DNA of 64,000 nucleotides from assembly GCF_006345805.1 (NCBI RefSeq), contig NC_043013.1, positions 26,164,001 through 26,228,000 of the forward strand, read 5' to 3'. Shown piece by piece: positions 15,101 through 30,200 of this stretch. The stretch's first letter is position 1, and each line of letters opens with the position of its first letter. Position numbers and translations under genes: made by a program. This stretch comes from Octopus sinensis. Lineage: Eukaryota. Under the pieces are notes generated by a model. The model did no database searches. It saw only the letters and a list, made by a program, of their open reading frames with translations, and was not told where the DNA came from.

Positions 15101-18100
15101 ATGGCCACGTTCAGATGGTGCTTTTTACGTGCCACCAGCACAGAGGCCAGTCAGGGCGGCGCTGGCTATGGCCATGTTCTGATGGATCTCTTATGTGCCA
15201 CCGGCACTGGTATCACAGCTACAAATTCCATTGATGTTGATCGATTTCGATTTTGATTTTGATTTTCACTTGCCTCAACAGGTCTTCACAAGTAGAGTTT
15301 TGTGTCCCAAGAAGGAAAGGTATGCATAAGTGGACTGGCTACATCCCAGGTAGAGGCCACGGGTTATGGTCTCACTTGTCCTGCTGGGTCTTCTCACGCA
15401 CAGCATATTTCCAAAGGTCTCGGTCCCTTGTCATTTCCTCGGTGAGACCTAAAGTTCGAAGGTCGTGCTTCACCACCTCGTCCCAGGTTTTCCTGGGTCT
15501 ACCTCTTCCACAAGTTCCCTCAACCGCTAGGGTGTGGCACTTTTTCACACAACTATCTTCAGCCATTCTCGCCACATGACCATACCAGCGCAAACGTCTC
15601 TCTTGCACACCACAACTGATGCTTCTTAGGTTCAACTTTTCTCTCAAGGTACTTACACTCTGTCGAGTATGAACACTGATATTACACATCCATCGGAGCA
15701 TACTGGCTTCATTCCTCGCGAGCTTACGCATGTCCTCAGCAGTCACGGCCCATGTTTCACTGCCATGTAGCATGGCTGTTCGTACACATGCGTCATACAG
15801 TCTGCCTTTTACTCTGAGCGAGAGGCCTTTAGTCACCAGCAAAGGTAAGAACTCTCTGAACTTTGCCCAGGCTATTCTTACTCTAGCAGTTACACTTTCA
15901 GCACACCCACCCCCGCTACTGACTTGGTCACCTAGGTAATGGAAGCTATCAACTACTTCTAGTTTTTCTCCCTGGAATGTGGTGGAAGATGGTCTCTGCA
16001 CATTTTCAGTGTTTATTGCCCCTGAGCATCTGCCACAGACAAAACTATCTTCCTAGTTAGTCTTCCTTTGGCATTGCTGCACCTCTTATGTGTCCATAGC
16101 TTACACTTGGTGCATCTTATAGAGTTTCTATCTACGCCTTTTTACAGATCGAGCAGGGCCATCTACCTGAAGGCGTTTGTGATTTGTCTACCGTCCTACT
16201 TATTAGGACTTTGGTTTTAGCTAGGTTGACTCTAAGGCCCTTCGATTCTAATCCTTGCTTCCACACCTGAAACTTCTCCTCCAGTTCTGATAGCGACTCA
16301 GCAATTAGAGCAAGGTCATCAGCCTAGAGGAGCTCCCAGGGGCATCCTGTCTTGAATTCCTCCATTATTGCCTGAAGGACTATGATAAATAGGAGAGGGC
16401 TGAGGACTGAACCTTGGTGGACCCCTACTTCTACCTGGAATTCTTCAGTGTACTCGTTGCCAACCCTCACCTTACTGACAGCGTCCCTGTACATGGCTTG
16501 CATGGCTCTCACTAACCATTTATCTATCCCTAGTTTCCTCATTTTCCACCAGATAAGTGATCAGGACCCTGTCAAAGGCTTTCTCCATGTCAACGAAAGC
16601 CAGGTACAGAGGTTTATCTTTGGCTAGGTATTTCTCCTGCAGCTGCCTTACCAGGAATATAGCATCAGTGGTACTCTTCCCTGGCACGAACCCAAACTGC
16701 ATCTCATCTAAACTAACTCTCTCTCTAATTAGTTGGGCTATGACCCTCTCCGTAACCTTCATTACCTGATCCAACAGCTTGATACCTCTGTAATTATTTG
16801 TATCTAGGGCGTCATCTTTACCTTTGTAGCAGTTGACTATTATGCTGCTACACCAGTCATTGGGTATGACTCCTTCATGTATCACCTGGTTAACTATATG
16901 GGTGACTAGGCTATAGCCGACACTTCCAGATATTTTGAGCATCTCTGCAGTAATTCCTGATGGGCCTGGAACTTTCCCTGTCTTCATGATTCTAATTGCC
17001 TTAACTACCAAAGAACTGTCAACTCGGATAGCTGGTCCCTCTGTTGGGTCGACATTCGGCAGACTCTCTTTATCCTATTCATTTTCTTTATTCAGCAACC
17101 TTTCATATTTCCACCACCACATTACCTTGGGTCGAGATGAGACTTTGCTCGATCCTCAGATCTGGTCAGTGGCTCTCAGCAGATTGTCCTGTAGAAACCT
17201 CCAGTTGTCTTCCACATTATGTGAAGCTATATCCCCTTCTATTTCATCAAAGACTTCGAGTAGTACGTCTCTAAATCTCTGTCCATTTGCAGGATCTTTA
17301 AGCTTCCAGACCCTTCTTCTCCAAGCTGGTCTTCTTCTGGGCAACCATTTAGCCCTGATCCTGAAGTCGCTAACTACTAATCTATGTTGAGGGGTACATT
17401 CTTTGCCTGGGAAGGTTTTTTTGGCATTTATAAGCAGTCCTCTTTCCCTCTTTCTGGCGAGGATGTAGTCAATCTGGCTAGTGTGTCTGCCAGAACGGTA
17501 GGTGACTAGGTGGGTTTCCTGAAGTTGGTATTGCAAACCATAAGGTCATTTGCATCACAGAACTCCAGCAGTCTTGTTCCCTACTCATTGCGAGAACCAA
17601 AACCGTAGCCTCCATGTATGCCATGGAAGCCCCCGACATGCCGTCCAACATGTCCATTGAAGTCACCTGCCACAAAGAGAAGGTCCCTGTCATTTGTCAA
17701 CGAGGTAGTCTGCAATAGGGTGTCATAGAATCGGTCTTTCTGTCCTTCCGGTAGCCCCAGTTGAGGGGCATATGCCGAGATAATGGTAGCTGACCTATGG
17801 TGAAGCACTAATCTAATCTTAAGTACTCTATCACTTACTCTGACTACCTCGATTACCTTATCTACCCTTTTCTCCACAAGAAGTATACCCATGCCCCCAA
17901 CCTCGTCAGTGTTCCCTGCTCAGAAAATCTTGTACCTGTGTTCTTTGCCTGTGAGGAACCTAGCGGAACCTCCTCTCCACCTTACTTCTTGCATGCAGCA
18001 CAAATCCACACGTCTCCGTTCAAGCAGCTCAACAATCTCACCAGACCTACCTTTCAATGTGCAAACATTGAGTGTGCCAACTCTGAGGGTGTGGGAGGTG

Positions 18101-20544
18101 TGGGCCTGTGAGACCCTGGGATGAGGGACAGCAGTGTCATATACCTGAAAAGAAAGCTTGCATTTGGCAGATTTCATAAAGAAACACTAGACTACAACCT
18201 ACATACACTACACAGTTTTTTTGCTCTATATGATCAAATAAACCCTACATAGGGGTGTGGGTGGGAGTGTTCGCGGGGTGGGATACACAAGTAAGACAAT
18301 GGCAGTAACTTCCGATATTGGTGGTGGTGGTGGTGGGGAGTTCAGGCGTACCGTGAAACAGCAACGAGGTTGAAAGTCAAAATTGCTTAGCTGCTCATTT
18401 TCTGAAATCCGTGTTTTATCAGCAGAGGAAATGAAAATCAAGTAGAGGAAAAAAGCAGAGCATATGCTAGTTTATATAGAGTTAGGGATTAGGGGGGTGA
18501 CTGTTGGTGTATTAGGTGGTAAATCGAAGAGGGAGAGAGAGAGAGAGGGAGGGAGGGAGGGAGGGAGGGACAAACATGAGGGAGAAGAGTGTTAATGTCT
18601 ATAATGTCTATATCTGCTTATTTTGCCACAAAGGTCTTAAAACGATTGGCTATGTTCTGTCTAGATTCACTTCTTTGATTTATGAACAGTTATGAAAATG
18701 ATGAATATATTTGGAGAAAAGAAAATGCTTATCTCAATATAGAGAATCAAACTTCATGGTGGCAATTACTGGAGAAAATCCAGACATGTTTTGAACTTAT
18801 TGTAACCTGACCAGTAAAACACTGACTCCACTGAATATATCAACATCATAGCAGGAGAATCACTGAGTAAATGTGGATTGAATGGCATAGAAAAATAGAA
18901 TTGTTTTGCTAGAAATATATTTACAATAATTTATGAACATGAGTGGCCCTACAAGAGTAATAGATTGCTCTCATAGTTACTGGACCATGCACGCCCACTT
19001 TTGCAACATGTAATGACTATAAAAATAATGCTACAGCAATTGCAGCTGGTTTTTTTTTCAGTTATTGCTTCCACACTCCTTCAAATTCTGTTTTCAAGTT
19101 TCTGCAGGACTTGATGCACCTGTGTGGCAAGTTGCCATGAGTTTGGCTGTCAGACAAATTCTTAAGAAATGCTATATGATTGTCTTGGATTTATCTACAA
19201 TGGTAAACAAGAGAGCTCTGGAGGCTCTGGACAAATCAATGAAGGATAGCATGACAGTAGATCTCAAAAGGGTAAAGTAGCTGTGTTGTTATCAAGGGAC
19301 TTCCATCAGACCCATCCAGAGATCCAAAAAGTAACAAGAACCAATAAAATCCATGCCTGCCTTAAACCAAAATTAAAATCTTTAAAATGTTTAGGAACTT
19401 GAGAGCTAATCTTTTGGGTGATCAACTTTTTGATCTAATGAGAAACTGTAATAAGATGGGATTGAAGTTTAGCTGCCAAAACAGGACCAGATACTTGCTT
19501 TAAACTCAACCAAGGAGATGAAGAATATCAGAAGGGACACCAGCCCAAAGGTGACATCAACATTCCCTAAATAAAAGTTATATAAAATATTTAGGAAAAT
19601 GAAGAATATATTTGGAGAAAAGAAAATGATTATCTCAATATAGTGGACTAAGCTACATAGTGGCAGGTACTGGAGACAGATCTGGATATATTTCAACCTT
19701 ATTGTGACCTCATCAGCAAAACACTGACTCCACTGAATAGATCAACATTGCAATAGGAATAGATCAACATCGTAAATGTGGATTGGATAGCATAGAAAAA
19801 TAGAATTGTTTAGCTATAAATATATTTACAATAATTTAACCGTCTCCTACAACTGACTGGTTCCCTCTTAAGAGAGAAATTTAATATGGTGTGTGTATAA
19901 ATTTAATGAGGGATTCTTAATATTTCATATCTGCTCTATTTTACACTTAGATTTTTTTTTAAATAACTTACCTTGGATTTTATTTTGTACAATAGCATTT
20001 TCTAGTGTTTTTCTGAAGTCAATTTCTACCCCGAAAGTGTCTGAGGTACCATCATCAACAAGGAAGAAATGTGAATGATTTGGATCCAAAGGACATGTTT
20101 TTGAGCAAGATTCATCATCTGTTATATAATACTCTGCAGGCCATGATCCCTAGAAATCAAGCCAATATTTTAGTTGTTATAACTATCAACATCATTGTAA
20201 TCAAATTATATATAAATATATAATGTGTTTGTTCAGACACAGAATAATTCACAGTGGAGAGTGATGGTGGTAAGAGAGAGAGAGGAAGAGAGAGAGAGAG
20301 AGAGAAATAAAAAGAGAGATAGAGAAGTAGGGGAAATTAGAGGGAGAGAAAGTGAGAGTATCAGAATATGGGTTGGTGGGGAAGGTGTTAATGTTTACAG
20401 ACATTAGTAAAAGGAGCACCAATAAAATTGCTATACACATGCATAATCACATCCCAGTGCACAAGTACAAGCATCTGTGTGTGCATATATAGATATAAAT
20501 CTATCTACCTGTCAATTTGTGTATCTCTCTCTCTCCCTCTCTCC

Positions 20545-20575
<31 letters not shown>

Positions 20576-20780
20576 CAGGTATTTTAATATGCTGTCACTT
20601 TTTTTATGAATTTTTTTCTGTAAAAACTTCATCCTATATTAGTAGTATATATATATTCACACATTTACACACACACACATACACACACACACATATGTAT
20701 ATATATAATTATATGTATAAGGATAAAGTAAACTTCTTGAAACCTACAGATATATAAGAGCCAGTTTCCCAGTTTCTGTG

Positions 20781-20811
<31 letters not shown>

Positions 20812-21696
20812 CATACATAAATAAATACATACATACATACATAAATACATACATACATATATATCATCATCATCATTCAACGTCCATTTTCCATATTGGC
20901 ATGGGTTGGATGGTTTGACTGGCAAGACAAGAAGCCACACTAGGCTCCAGTCTGTTCTGGCAATGTTTCCACAGCTGGATGCCCTTCCTAACGCCAACCA
21001 TTCCAAGAGTGGAGTGAGTTCTTTTTACATGTCACTGGCACAGAAGCCAGTCAGGCAGCATTGGCATTGACCACATTCAGATGGTGCTTTTTATGTGCCA
21101 CCAGCACGGGGAGCCAGTCAGGCAGCACTGGCATTGGCCATAACTACAATTTCCATTTGATTGTGATTTGATTTGATTTTGATTTTGATTTACTTGACTC
21201 AATAGGTCTCCTCAAACATGGCATGTCACCCGACGCTCGAAAGGTACTTTTTTTAAGTGGGCTGGTTATGCAACACTAGTGTAGGCAATGGTTGTGATCT
21301 CACTTTACTTGCCAGGTCTTCTCAGCATATCTCACAGAGGTCTCGGTCTTTCGTCATTACCTCTGTGAGGACCAACGTTCGAAGGTCATGCTTGACCACC
21401 TCATCCCATGTCTTCCTGGGTCTCCCCTCTTCTATGGGTTCCTTCCATTGTTAGGGAGTGACATTTCCTCATGCAGCTGGCTTCATTCATACATAACACA
21501 TGACCATACCAGCACAGTCGTCTCTCTTGCACACCACATCTGATGCTTCTCATGTCCAACATTTCTTACAGGATGCTTACACTCTGTCATGTGTGCACAC
21601 TGACATTACATATCCAGTGGATCATACTAGCTTTAGTTCTTTCAAGCTTACGCATGTCTTCAGTAGTCATGGCCCATGTTTCACTGCTGTATAGCA

Positions 21697-21742
<46 letters not shown>

Positions 21743-22928
21743 CATACATACATACATTTAGGATACCAGTCTGTCACAGGATTGCTCATTATTGCCAACT
21801 GAGTGGACTAGAGCAATGTAGAGCAAAGTGTTTTGCTCAAGAACACGTGTTGCCTTGTCCAGAAACTGAAACCACAATCTTACAATCAAGAGTCCAATAT
21901 CCTAAGCACTAGATCACACACCCACACACACACATGTACATATATACATTTGTCATACATTTCTGTAGTGTGTGTGTGTGTGTGTATACATACACACACC
22001 ACACTGAGGTATATATATATATATAAAGTTATAACCAAGTGTCTGATCAATAATTATCCAGACTGGTGCTATAGTAACGAAGCTAAAGCACACAGAGTGA
22101 AGCTGCTTGGCACAGATTGACCTTGGACTCTGTTGTGCATGTGCACTAAATTTTAACGTTCAAGCTTTTTCTGTTATTTACAGCAGTGCTTTGAAGGAAC
22201 ATGTGTAGCATGTGATCATCACATTGATCATGACAGAAAAAACTGAGCAGAGAATCAGCATCAAATTTTGCCAAAAGCTTGGCGATACCTGCTCAAAAGC
22301 TTACACAAAGATTTCAAAATGTTTTCATCATTCTCAACACAATCAAGGAGATCTTGTGCAACTGAAACCCAAGCGTATCATTTTGGTCAGCTGAAAGTAG
22401 CTTTGGCACAAACTTGGCAGACACAAGTCTCATAACCAAATCTTTAGTGATAATAGACTGAATTGAACTGTAACTAATCTGCACATCCTCTGATAACTCA
22501 TGGATGGTGATTCAACCGTTTCTTCTGACAGCTACACACATCTGCAATGTTTTTCTCAGTTCTGCTGATTGCAGGTCTCCCTAAACATTTTGTCAATATC
22601 AATATTCTTTTGGCCATCTTGAAAACATCTGAACCACTAACAAACTTGTGTGCAGCTCGTACATTCCTCTCCATACACTTTCTGCAACTTTGCATAGGCC
22701 TCTGAGCAGGTATCACCATGACAACTTTCTCTGTCATGGTTAATGCAATGACCATGCACTACAAACCTTCCTCCCATGTACTGCTGTAAACAGCAGAAGT
22801 GAGCTAGAATGTTAAAACTTAGTGCACATGCCAAACAGAGTTCAAGGTCAATCCTTGCCAAGCAGCTTTACTCTGCATGCTTTAGATTCATTACCATGGC
22901 AACAGTCTGGATACTTATTGATCAGACC

Positions 22929-22968
<40 letters not shown>

Positions 22969-25900
22969 CAATGATGACTGATGAAGATCACTACTGACCA
23001 TAATTAACATTGTGACTCAGCAAATTTATATTTTACACTTGTGGCTCCTGAAAAATTCTATATGTTGATGATCTTACCTTCGTAGTAAGTTCTATATTAG
23101 AGCTAGAAAAGAAGTGTGAAATTGATTTTCTCAGATGACCCAAAAGCTTTTTAGAGGTAGTGGATAATTTCTGCTACCTAAGAGACCAAATTAGTAGTGG
23201 AAGAGAATGTACAGAAGGTGTAATAGCTAGAATAAGAATAAGATGGAGAAAATTCAGAGAGCTGCTACATCTGCTGACAACCAAAAGTCTCTTTCTCTGA
23301 ATGAAAGGAAGATTGTATGATGCATGTATATGAACAGCAATTTTACAGGGGAGTGAGACAGAATGAAGAGGGCATGCAAAGGCTAGAGGGGGATGAAGTT
23401 AGTATGCTCCACTGGATGTGCAATGCAAGTGTACATGTGTGACAGAGCACTAGCTTGCTGAGGGAAATTAGATGCACTGTGCAAGAGAAAAGACTACACT
23501 GGTTTGGTCAGATGATACAGATGGATGTCAACAGTTTCACAAAGTGCCAATCACTCAAAAGGGATGGGACTCATGAAAGCAGGGGATCCAAGAAGAAATG
23601 GAACAAACTACTGAAGGACATCCTCAGAACATTGTACCTTGTAGAGAAGGTGACAAAGGATTAAAGTATTTGGCACCTTGCTATACTCAACAAGACACAT
23701 TCTGCACAGAAGAAATGTTAATGCCAGTCACCCTAATGAAGAGGACTGGCCTGCAAGAGCTCTGTGTTGGTGTCACATAAAAAGTACTCAATCTAGCACC
23801 ATGTAAAAATGCCCATGCTGGAGCCACATTAAATGCACTCAGCACACACAAAAATGGTTGGCATTAAGAAGGGCATCCAGCTGTAGAAGCCAAGACTGGA
23901 ACCTGATGCAGTTGTCTTACTTCCCAAATCTGGTCAAACCGTCTAACCCATGTTCGCATGGAGAACAGATATTAAAGGATAAAGAAGGTGATGATGAGAA
24001 AGGATAGGATAAGACATTGAAGGGAAAAAGAAAGAAAATATCTTGAAACAGAATTTTACATCCTTTTTCTTTAATGTGTCCTTGTTTCGTACACTGTTCC
24101 ATGGTGCAACACTAATCGTCACCAGTTTATTACTGCCAGTCAATGTGCTTTCATTATCATATATAGCTTTTCCAGTATATTTCACAACTCCAGTATGTAA
24201 ACCTGCACTTAAGATCCAGGCCCCTGCAAAACAAAAGATCAATAATCATATTCAAATATTGATTTCATATTCTAAAATGATGGGAGAGTTTGGGACAAAT
24301 ACCTTCTGATATTTAGTTATATTTCTTCAAATTCTAACTTCAAGCTTCATAAGAGTTGAATATGTTTCCTTTGTTCATGTAAGGTTAATGAAATATGCAC
24401 CGGTCATTAACTGGAGGTAATTTAATCATTGATACATTTCTCATTATGGAAGCAAGAGTATGATATGTTGAATCAATCCAGGACTTCACTATTGATTTTT
24501 TAATCAATTCTTGACAGGATAAATAAAATAAAAGTACAACCCTGGTAGAATTTGAACTTGTAACCAATAGAAACAAAACACTTAACACAGCATCTTTTCA
24601 GTCACAGTCGTCTGCTCCCAGCATATTGCTATTGATTCCATATTGCTAACTGGAAATGTGTTGTGTGTTAGAGAGAAAGATTAAAGTCTTTGATCAAAGT
24701 GTGACTTGGTTTCACTTATTGTAATGTTCTGGAATAATACATGAATGTCACTCTTTCCATTTCCCAATACCTCAGGTAACTTTTACATGGCCATTTGACC
24801 TTTAGAAAATAGCAATTATATCTCCTCCTTCTTCCCCCTACTGTCCTTGGAAAGGGGAGAACATATTGGATAAGGTAGTCTAACAAACACTTTCTATGAT
24901 GAGATGGTCATTGCTGGAATGATTTTGAACATAGGTCTGTTCAATTAAGCTTTACTTCAGTTTCAACAACAAACAATATCTAAATTATAAAGCCTTTCTA
25001 ACAAGTCAAAATGAATTATTATTACAAAGAAGAGATAAATTCAATGAAATTACAAAAAAAAAAAAAAAAAAGATTCAGTTGCTATTACTATTGTAGGTAA
25101 AACCTGGCCAGGTATAGAAATAAGATATATTTCAGGGATCTGAGAATACTGAGAGTACACCCAGCTGTGTTAGTGAGGAGTGGTGGCTCTAAGGAGGAAG
25201 GACTCAGACAAGGAGGATGTAGTCAATAAATTTAGATATTCACAGAGAGATTGGTGCAACATACAAATAGTGTATCAGGAATACTCAAACCTGTGAAATT
25301 CTTGAGGGATCTATCCATAACATCATCTGCCACATACATCATAGAAAGGCTTAGGTATAGATCTGAATTTTTACTTCAGAAGCTATAACTATTGAGGGGC
25401 GTCCCTTTCAAACTGAGATGCAAGAGAGCTGTGTTGGCATATGTGGATGACATCATGCTCATAGTGTCACATTCTGTGGAAGTTCAGATAAATGATTCCA
25501 TCTTAAAGGAAAATGAACTGATGGCAGCAGCTAGGATAAATCTGAACAAGTTGTTAGAGTTGTGTCTCAGAAACTGAAGAGGGAACACTATGCCAACAAA
25601 CAGTATAGTAGGTCAATGGACAGACAGACAGGTAAAATTGCTCAGTGTCTCTTATGTGGCCTTCCAGATGGACAAAAACTGGGATGAGTTTACAAGCAGG
25701 GTAGCTAGTCTCACTCAAAAATGGTCCAAGAGAAAATTATAGCTGAAGGATTGAGCAGAAGTGGAAAACGCTCACATTGCCTCCTTAATAACTTACCTCC
25801 TGACCATTGAACATTTTCCCTCAGTCCATGTTTGGCTAAACTGGAGCATTTACTTTTCCACTTCCTATGGAAAGGGCATGTTCCACTACTCAGGTGGTTG

Positions 25901-27171
25901 ATCTGTTACCAGTGCCCTCTGGATGGCAGGCTTGACATGCCATGGATACTAATGCACTGACATGCACTGTGGCTGCACTACTAACACATTTTCCTGGATG
26001 ATGAACCAGTGTGATCTTTGTTTGTAAGACATACTTTTCTGCAACTCATCTCTCAGATGGAGCTAAAATCCTGGGTCAAGAAAAGACCAAGATTAGACAT
26101 CTGGTATCTGGAGTGTTGTCAGGCACTCACTCTCCTCTACCTGTTGGGCAATACAGTTGGTGTGAGTTCTATGGTAGCAATATACAGAAATTTACTGGTG
26201 GGTATGAGTGATGATATTCTTGGGTAAAATCTAAGCATCAGGTACAATCTAGGCGATGGACTAGCTGGTCAGTTTCAGAGGACTTTCAAGCCCAGTACTA
26301 TTAGGGATAACTTCCAGAATTCCCAGGTCAAGATAAACTCTAAAGGCATAGAAGCACTGTTAAGCAGGACTGCCTGAGATACAAGTAGAGTGACAAGAAC
26401 TTTCTGCATGCAATCAGCCTCTGTCAAAATATTACCAACTTGTGGAGATATGCAGAACAACTTTTATCATATGTGGGACGAATTTGACTATCAGCTTAAT
26501 CCATCATGAGGATCACTTACCACCCACCTTTAATATGGCATTATAGGTGTTGTTACACTTTCTAGTGGCTATAGCAAAACCGGTTGTATGGTTGACAAAG
26601 CTGAAAGTTTTGTAGAGAGACACTTTCTTCTTCAGTTAAGGTTTCATCGACATTTTAAGTTTCACTTTCAAAGGAAAGTGAGGGTGGAGAGGAAAATGCT
26701 ACCTCCAAGTGAATTTGTGAAAAGATGGGTGACTGTAGCAAAAATGGTTAGAGTGAATGGCCCTAGTCTAAGTATGCATCTGTAGATTATAGAGTAGGAG
26801 AGACAGCTCGTGCCTTTGGTGGTCAGGATAACTATGAATCTGCAGGGGCCACTTGAATGGCTCTCACTGGAGTTTCTTCTCTATCAGGAGGACTGCAGCA
26901 TTCATGTTATCACATACTTTGTACACTATGTATACTTTTATCGCATTTTGCCATCTTTCTCATTTCTTACCTTCCATCCTTTATGCAAAAATGCCCACAA
27001 AAATTGTGATGTCTTCATCATTTATGCTCCTAACTGAATCATTAGCACATTGGATGAAATGCTTATTGGTATTTTGCCCATTGCTGCATTCTGACTTCAT
27101 ATTCTGCCGAGGTTGACTTTACTTTTCACCCTTTTGGGGATTTGATAAATTAAGTGCCTTTAGTAGAAAGA

Positions 27172-27202
<31 letters not shown>

Positions 27203-27205
27203 TTG

Positions 27206-27237
<32 letters not shown>

Positions 27238-30200
27238 GGTGGTGGTGGTGGTGGTATTATTATTATTATTATTATTATTATATTATTATTATTATTATTA
27301 TTACAGACTAAGGCAGTAAGTTGGTAGAATTGTTAGCATGCCAGGTGAAATGTTTAGTGGTATTTCATCTGCCGCTATGTTCTGAGTTCAAATTCCACCG
27401 GGGTCAACTTAGCCTTGCATCCTTCGGGGTCGATTAAATAAGTACCAGTTATGCATTGGGGTCTATGAAATCAACTAGCCCCCTCCCCCGAATTTCAGGC
27501 CTTGCATATAGTAGAAAGGATTATTATAATTACAGATAACTTTTACAATAAAACTATACCTGTACTTCTTGCAGCTTTTACCAAACCATACCCAAAAGCT
27601 TCTTTAAGATGTGAACTCAATAAGAAGTCTTTTCTTCCTCCAGTCACAGAAATAAGTAACTTTGGCAATGATAAACTCCACATTTTTTCTATCAAATAAA
27701 TCATTGTTTCCATAGAAGTTTCGTGATCCGCACGGACAAACTGTATGTGAGAGAAAACATTTGACTTATGTAATCTAATGTTTCATACAATGAAAAAAGC
27801 ATTCAAATACTGGCAATTTGGTGAATAAATTTCAATCCATAATATTGAAAATTGTGATATTTGACATTAAATGCTTGAGAAGTTACAGGTTTGTCCTGTC
27901 ACAGATGATATCAGAAAAATACAAGCAACAATTTCAACAATTATTAGCCATTGATGTTATTGTAATAATTATTCATTATATGTTTACTATTTTATGTTGT
28001 ATATATGTTCTGTATTGCAAAAGATTTGGATATTTCCTTCATACTTAGATTTTGGTCATAGATATAACACTTAAAATTAATCATTTCTTTAACCCTTTCA
28101 ATACCAACCTGGCTGAAACCACCTCTGGCTCTGTAGTACAAATGTCTTGCTTTCATAAGTTTTTAATTACTGTCTTCTACCAAACCTTAGTCACAATTTA
28201 TGTTCCTAATACTAGCTTAATGATAACTAAGCTATTTTACTAAATTCTTTGTTATATTTACAACTAATTGAAAGAAACACAGACCATATCAAAATAAATA
28301 TGGTAACAAAAGGGCTGAACATTTATCACTCAAAACCAAGTTATCTCTGACTGATTTTGCAACACTTATTCTGTCACATCATCATCATCATCATCATCAT
28401 TATCCCCATCATCATTTAACATCCATTTCCCATGCTGGCATGGGTTGAATAGTTTGCCTAGGGCTGGCAAGCTGGAGGATTATACCAAACTCCATAGTCT
28501 GTTTTGACATTGTTTCTTTGGCTGGATGCCCTTCCTAATGCCAACCACTTTACAGAGTGTACTGGGTGCTTTTTTCATGGCCCCTTGCAAGACAAGACTG
28601 GGGGAAATAGTATTGAGGGAGGTGGCTTTGATGAGAGGCTAAAAATAACAATAGAGGGATAGAGGTAGGTATTTGGCTATGGAAAATATACAAGGATGCT
28701 CCAATTGGATAAGAAGAGAGAAAGATAGAGGTGGAGAGAGTGAGAGAGATGATGGCAACTATGTCAGGACAAACATTCAAGGCAGTGAGGAGGGCAAAAC
28801 AGATGAGATGATGGGGGAAGGGGAACAGGAGTGAAAGTTTCATAAAAGTATGAGGGAAGACGGTTAAATGGGATAGAGATGGCTGTAGAATTTCAAGATG
28901 AGAGATATAGGAATGGGTCAGGGAGAGGGGCTTTATGTTAGCTATGTAAGGGCCTTAGAAGTGATAAAGGGATGAAAAAAGTGTGAGGATAAATAGAGTA
29001 GAGCACAGAGAAGGGAGTGTAGTGGTAGCTAATATCAACACATAATACTGAATATATATTCTCACTACAATTAATAAGAAATGGAAGTGGTTCTAAGGAG
29101 GGAGTGTGGCAGAAGTGAGAGAGCATGGCTGGAGAATAATAATGAGGAACTGGAGTGGTTCTGGGAAGGGGAGGAAAGAGGAAGGTAATAAAGAGGGGTA
29201 GGAGAATGTGCCTACTCTGCCTGCAGATGATTATGGTAGCCAAATATCAGGGATAAAGAAGGGATGAGTGTAGAGGATGAGATGTGGGGGAAGCATGATG
29301 GCGTAGTGAAAATGGAGGTGGGACAGAACTTTGCATATACAAGCATTTAAGCATTTATAAAGGTGGTTTTAGAAATTCAACTCTGGTGTGGAGGGTGGGG
29401 TTTCTCAAGCATATCAAAACTCCAGATATTTCAGTCCTTTGTAATCTTCACCTTAAAGATCAGCATCTCAAAGCATTGGCCCAGGTCTTCCTAGGTCTCT
29501 CTCTACCACAAGTTCCTTCCACTTTAAGTGATCAGCATTTCTTTATGCTATCTTCCTTGTCCACATGCATCACACTAACAAACCAACACAGTACTTTCTC
29601 TAACACATCACATTTAATTCCTTTTATACCTAACTTTTCTCTCAATACACTAGCACTCTCTTGTATAGCCATTGGAGGTTACTAACTTCATTTGTCCTCT
29701 AGTTTTTGCAGGTCTTCTGCATTTAGGGCTCACATCTCATTACCATGTAGCGTTGCAGTTCATACACAAATATCATATAATCTTCCTCTCAGTCAAAGAG
29801 AGAACTTTGGTTTCCAACAGAGGTAAAAGCTCTCTATATTTTTTCTGTTCTCCACATTTAATAGTCTTTCATAGTAGCTCTTCCACACGTCTTTCTTTTC
29901 AAAATTACCAAGTGTATGCATATCATTATCCAACTATATGCACTTCCCTCTCACAACATCTTGATTTTCTTAGATACAATGTAGAATCCATAATACCTCA
30001 AATCTCTGATCTTCATACTGTAGCTGGATAAACATGTCATCTAGCTTCCCTTTTAGCTACCTGATATGGTTCTTTGTTACCCCCAGTTTTCCTTCCATCT
30101 CGTACCTGTCTCTTCACTTTTATGATCTTGTCAACCTCGCTGTTCCCCCACCATGTTACCCTTGGGCTTGCAGAAACTTTGTTCCAACCACAGATTTAGT

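Noticed and set aside
26520-26930. Possible Penelope end with CTGATAGA...GAAAC hammerhead-like core on the minus strand
   Set aside because: Cleavage triplet and stems do not fit; I could not support the element class
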